Below are positions 48,142 to 53,367 of a stretch of DNA of 53,367 bases, piece after piece; the stretch's first letter is position 1, and the number at the start of each line of letters is the position of its first letter. A model generated the notes under the pieces. The model was not told the DNA's origin. It saw nothing but the letters and a program-made list of their open reading frames with translations, and made no database searches. The stretch spans positions 124,001-177,367 of the forward strand of contig UYFQ01000349.1 of NCBI GenBank assembly GCA_900617105.1, given 5' to 3'. The position numbers and the translations under genes were made by a program. This DNA is from Hydrurus foetidus (Eukaryota).

Positions 48142-50825
48142 ATGGCATCCATATCGATTGAGTACTGCGCCTTCACGGTTGCGATAGCTCTCGAACGATT
48201 TTCATTGAGGGATGGTGTAAAGCAGTGGTCAGTTGAGTCAATTTATGATGAGCTGGCGGGGATGGACAACTCTGAAGACCACAACTTCACCATGAGCATT
48301 TTAGCCTTACATCAGGGATTAAATCTATTCAAGAATCCCATTCAAAGCTTAGGACATAAGATTGTCAGTATGAGCGCAGGAAAAGATCAGATAAAGACAT
48401 TACACTTCATGGATTTGCCTGCGAGAGCAAGGGGTTCTGAAATTAAATTCTCAATCGAGCAGTTGACTACAGTTAGAACCCGCCAAGATATGGTTGTAGA
48501 CATTGAGAAGACAGCAAATATTTTACTGAGGAGAAGTTTTAAAGTTACATCAAAATACGCATCAATAAGCGAAATATTTGGAGTATTGTGGCTAGCTGAA
48601 TTAGATGTGCAATCAGCAATCCCGTCATCAAATAAAAGGAGAAAAAGAGGTGAAAGTTTGGGTAATAAACAGCTGAATCGCTACGGAACAAGAGTACGTG
48701 ATTACATAACCGATAATATATGCGCAGAGAATGAATCACCTTCAATATTCATAAATGCCGCGACAAAACAGTCGGGATCAATTAGTGCAGAAAGTCTAAA
48801 TGATGTGCGTAGAAGCATTCTTGAGGATGAGGAGGATATCATTCAAATTATGACACATCCGTCCGTAGTAGATCGCCTACAAGATTTTCCTAGAAAATAC
48901 ATCAAATTCAATACACACGAGAAAGATTTAGTTATATCTTTATTTGATGTGATAGCAAAAGTGAGGAAAGAGGTTGAGGGTGAAAGTTATACAGTAGACG
49001 ACAGTATCACAGCAAACTACACAAAGATAACATTACAGAAGCTGGCACATTATTCAGAATTGGTAGCAGCATCGATTGTGAGATGGCATTTACATAGGGA
49101 TGAGGTCAGAAAGGAATCCGGTAGAAAGATATCAGTTGAATTTGAGGCCGATGTATGGGGAAAACTCATGATATGTGAATTCGAGAAAAAAAATGTAAGT
49201 AGCATCTAATTTCTTAAATGATTAGATGAGCTATGATGTCATTCAATTATAAAAATGCACTATATAAGAACGCGTTACTCATAAGAGAAATTTTTATTTG
49301 ATGTTCATGTTATCGCATAAATATACATCATGTCCTGCCTCACTAACCCCGTCTCATCAAATTATTTGTACTCTAATAGATTGATGGGGTTATTGTAGAC
49401 GTGTCACGCATTTTAGTAAGTGTTGTGTACACGTACGCAATAATAAAAGAAGCAGCAAAAACAGTTCAGGCAAGTGAGAGATGGTGCGAAGATGAAAAAA
49501 TAAATACTTTACAATTCAGTGCAAAATGGGTGAAAAAGTTTCTCAATCGCGCAAATTTGAGAAGGAGAAAAATAACAACAGATGATAAGAAAATTCCATC
49601 AGATGAAGAGATAAAAAGAATAATGAATATTGGACAAAAAATGTATAAAAATTTTGGGCACACAAAAGATACTGTCATAAATATGGATGAAACAGCGTTT
49701 ACATATGCAATAGGCCCTGAGTATATGTATTGTCCAAAAGATCAAAGTAGGGCACAGAACATCGGAATACCAAACACAAAGCTGCGTATAACAGCTGTTG
49801 TTGCAGTTAGTGGTAATGGTGACTTTGTACCTTTATTCATCATCATAAAGCACTCCGTAAGTTCCGCTGATAGACCTGACCAGTCCGGCATGAAAGTCAT
49901 CCAAGACCTATATATGAAAGATACAGGTTTCGGTTTAAAAGATGGTTGGGAGCTTATTTTGTGGACTAAAGATCTTACTGTGAAAGGTGTTACTGATACT
50001 CATAAATGTTTCTACCTCATTCATAAAGACACAGGACATGTAATTACCAGCCAATACAAGGCATGGAATGATACAGTTCGAATGATTATGTGGTTGGAAT
50101 TAGTTGTTAAACCGCTTAAAGAACGATTAGGTAAATTGATGATATGGTTTGATAATTGTGGCTGTCATAAAACGTCAATGGTTGATGATGTTATCAGTGA
50201 ATTAGATGTTCAAATAGCATGTTTACCGCCAAATATGACAGGCGTACTGCAGGTACTAGATTTGATAGTTAATGGACCCCTTAAAGCACACACTAGAAAT
50301 TTAAGAGGATCTAGAATAGTTGAGAGCTTTCGAAAATTCATAGTATCATACAATGATGAGTTAGCAAAAGATGTCAGTGATAGAGTGATGCCTGTATTTG
50401 ACCCTCCCAAGCCAGACATGTTACAAAGCATTCAGGATCTATTTGATTTACTAGCTAATGGGTTCAAGAAATTAAAGTTTGTGGAGGGTGTGCAAAGGTC
50501 ATTTATTAGCACAGGTTGTGTACCTTGTGATGAGAGAACCCCATCAGAACCAATATTTCAACAATACTCAAAACACAAGATATCTGGTACAATGAAAATA
50601 ACACCGACAGGAACATCGCATCCACTAATCGTAACTAATAACGGTCCCTCAGACATGTCTAATATCGCTCCCTCAGACATATCTATTAACGATTCCTCAG
50701 ACATATCTCTTGACAACACAAATCATTTTATTTCCCCAATTGATTTTATGCTAGAGTATGACAATGCCATGTTAGAATATGATCATGAAATCACAGAAGC
50801 AATGAATTTCATATCGAATTTGTAA
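48142..50825 (+). mobile_element. Intact pogo-superfamily (DDE_1, DD35D) transposase gene, 2 exons (48142-49194, 49380-50825), 832 aa
   Basis: The GTAAGT...AATAG intron 49195-49379 joins the two ORFs in phase 0. A CENP-B/Tc5-type HTH (AIIKEAAK...FSAKWVKKFLNR) precedes catalytic INMDET, WFDNCGCH and PPNMTGVLQVLD, with 35 residues between the second and third Asp. TIRs were not found by eye. Confidence 0.9.
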
Positions 50826-50979
50826 GCCATTAATTTTGCAATTTAATGATAAGAATGAGTTTGTTTAAAATGAATATTTTATTTTAAAGTCAGACAGATC
50901 CGATTATTAATGTCTAAATGAGATAACACACGAAAAGATATCGGGAATCATATATTCTCAGATGTTGATAAACAGATTC

Positions 50980-52083
50980 TCAAATATTACGAAATAATCT
51001 CTTCGACTCAAGATATGACTTATTATCATCGCTGGCACTCATAACAACGACAGTCAGTGCGTATCCATTCCTGCTGTGGTTTGTATCACTTTCACAGAGC
51101 AGACAATCAAAGCTAATAAACTGCAACATATCGCAATCTGTCAATTTATCAATGATAGGGGCCAGCTTTGCGGCCCACTTACGTCGTAGATGGCCAATGT
51201 GCTCACCAGGAATGTAAGTCCCTTTATTAGGACCGTTATGATCGTCCGGTGCTAACACTTGAATGCAATTCGTATCTGAGAAATGCGTTCCGTAATAGAA
51301 TAAAGTAAGCGATAGATTACAGTTGCAACTTGATTTTAATAATGATAATTCTGTAGCCCTTCGCCACTCAGCACATGATACTATACTCCCTCTGTGGCGT
51401 ACGGTCTACAAGGTCACTGCAGGGCCACAATTGTCACTGCATGGCCACATCTAGGTTGATGCTCGCCCATGCAGCAGTTAAGTATTCCGCTAGAATTTAT
51501 TGCTGCGTGGACCAGCATCAACCTAGATGTGGCCATGCAGTGATGATTGTGGCCCTGCAGTGACCTTGTATACGTATACGGTACGCCACAGAAGGATCAT
51601 ATTACCACATTCTAAATGACAAATGGATGCAATTGGCCTTATCATCACGCAGAACAATTTCGCTGCAAGACTAGCCAGGAATTCCGCTTCATTAAATTGT
51701 CAATTTAGATTAGACAACATGCATTACTACAGTTTTATACGTTGGCGTGCATGATATGATGCGATATCGATATGATTCGTCTAAGTGTTGAGATTTCTAA
51801 AAATTTGGGCAGCATTACACCTCGTTGTGAAAAGGAGTATAAATGGAACTATCAATCAGCGATGAAAAGAAAATCGTATTCGATAGATCGAAAATTAGGC
51901 GTCATCAAGTTGTAAGATGACTACTTTTGTATCAACGGAGAAAGCTGCATAGACGTCTTCATTACCATGTGGATTATCAACGTCGCGATTCAGCCTGCAC
52001 GTTGATCCTTTGCGCACTTTGATCAGAGCGTCCAGAGCAAAAAGTCCGGTCCCAGGGCAATTCATTCGAAAAATTTCTATCAT
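50980..52083 (-). CDS. Small HIRAN-domain protein, 2 exons (52083-51966, 51275-50980), about 137 aa; upstream exons possible
   Basis: Splicing CAT G|GTAAT...TTCTCAG|AT ACG gives ...VRKGSTCRLNRDVDNPHDTNCIQVLAP...GEHIGHLRRKWAAKLAPIIDK. This fits the HIRAN pattern R[DE]xxNPxDxNAIxV...GxxIGHLx(5)AxxLAxxxD. Confidence 0.75.
51387..51596. mobile_element. Nested foldbacks: a CAAGG...CCTTG MITE (51409-51568) inside a shorter inverted-repeat element, in the HIRAN intron
   Basis: The inner arms CAAGGTCACTGCAGGGCCACAAT...CTAGGTTGATGCT are near-perfectly inverted over more than 55 bp. The outer inverted repeat is TCCCTCTGTGGCGTAC (51387-51402) / GTACGCCACAGAAGGA (51581-51596). Confidence 0.85.
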
Positions 52084-53367
52084 GTCTGGAAAAACATAGC
52101 AGTCAAGCAAAAATCAATTTAGAATTCAGGGAACCTCGCAATCGTGTCGCTCTCGACGGATTCTGATTTTTCAAGCATGTCTCCAGACAATCGCAATTTC
52201 ATATTCTTCAGCAGCATCATGGAGGAGATAGAATGAGGCTCTTTACCTCGCCGATGGTTTCTGGTTGCTCCTCCTCCTGGAATTGATAACGCCTCGTCAA
52301 CGAAATCTCCGATTACGCCGTGATGGAACTGAGATATCTTATACTCGAGGCACACTTTCCACCACTCCGAATGGCGTCAAGTGAAAAGTTGATTGTGCAG
52401 TTGTACTATGACTGCAACTGAGATGTAAATGATTAAGTAATGAATATTGGCCGTAAAATTTGCTTATGTCCCGAGATCGCACTCACGGCCGATAGAACAA
52501 AGGGCACTCGACGGTACGTGATACAATTTTTGGGGCATTTCGGACGGGAAAACCGAGAAGTGGAGTACAATACCAAATACAGAATACAGTGTTCCCGCGA
52601 TCTGAAAAATAATCCGATGGAGGACAGAAATATGAAATATGAAATATGAGGCAAATTGTCTGATAACCCTTTTCGAGTTCTACCGTTCTTCCCCCTGAAT
52701 GAAGCCACAAGACCATGCAAAATGCGACTCCAAGACATAAAATTCATTGCGAGACCACGAATAAGGAAGCTTTCGTAAAATCGAGGAAGACCAAATATGC
52801 TAAACGGATAGCGCTCTACTAACCAGAGCAATCATTAGGTACTATCAAGTGTTCATACCGTAATCAGATGGCTCTGGAAGTGGTAATACTAGGGCACTGT
52901 TATCAATCACTGCAGAACTTTTGATTGTCAGCAAATATTCTGTCAAGATGGTTTTTTCTGTCACGAAGTGGCTCGCTGTTTGATGGTGACGTGTACCGTT
53001 TTGGATTGATTTGGAGCAGACCAGCTTGAATGAAAGATCGCAGCTGCGTGATCACCACGGATTTCAAGAGTTTGACAGACAGAATTATGACTGAGGAGGA
53101 AACACTCTAAAGAAACCTCAGTATAGGGTTTTGAGTGACTCAAGTGCGCTTTGGTATACGACCAGAATATTAGCTGTAAAAAAGCAGCAGATGTACAGTG
53201 GGGAAATAGATAGAATGCGAAGGAGCAATTAGACAAACGAAAAATTGTGATAAAGTGCATGGACACATAAACTATACAATCTTACAGAAACGTCTCAAAA
53301 CGGACGATTATAGATGACCATCGAATTCAACAGATGAAGCATGCAAAAGCAAGCATTCGTCGGTACT

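Noticed and set aside
51895..52355. Initial idea of a 2OG-Fe(II)/TET-like oxygenase
   Set aside because: There is no HxD motif, and the spliced reading fits HIRAN much better. ORF 52119-52355 could not be joined in phase.
47450..53367. TIRs for the pogo element, or a Fanzor/TnpB gene
   Set aside because: No correctly oriented TA-flanked TIR pair and no RuvC/zinc-ribbon motif pattern were seen by eye. A computational search could still find distant ends.

Overview
This is a eukaryotic, intron-rich, AT-rich genomic window. Gene content and a possible bipartite targeting signal suggest a stramenopile/ochrophyte-like protist, which is an inference. The left 28 kb is gene-dense: the 3' end of mitochondrial malate dehydrogenase, a D-amino-acid/D-aspartate oxidase, IscA2, a (6-4) photolyase/cryptochrome, a SMARCAL1/ZRANB3-like SNF2 ATPase, a cationic amino-acid transporter, an intronless phosphohexomutase, and a very large low-complexity protein with two all-Cys RING-like fingers. 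From 28 to 32.5 kb is decayed mobile DNA (P-superfamily-like MITEs and a pogo transposase pseudogene). Then come an F-box/LRR/ankyrin gene, a large membrane class-3 lipase and an intact spliced 832-aa pogo-like DD35D transposase. Convergent with the transposase is a small two-exon HIRAN-domain gene that the ORF track splits into two pieces. Several foldback MITEs sit in introns. No RNA genes or CRISPR arrays were seen. All exon models were read by eye from GT/GC-AG sites and protein motifs; no database searches were run.
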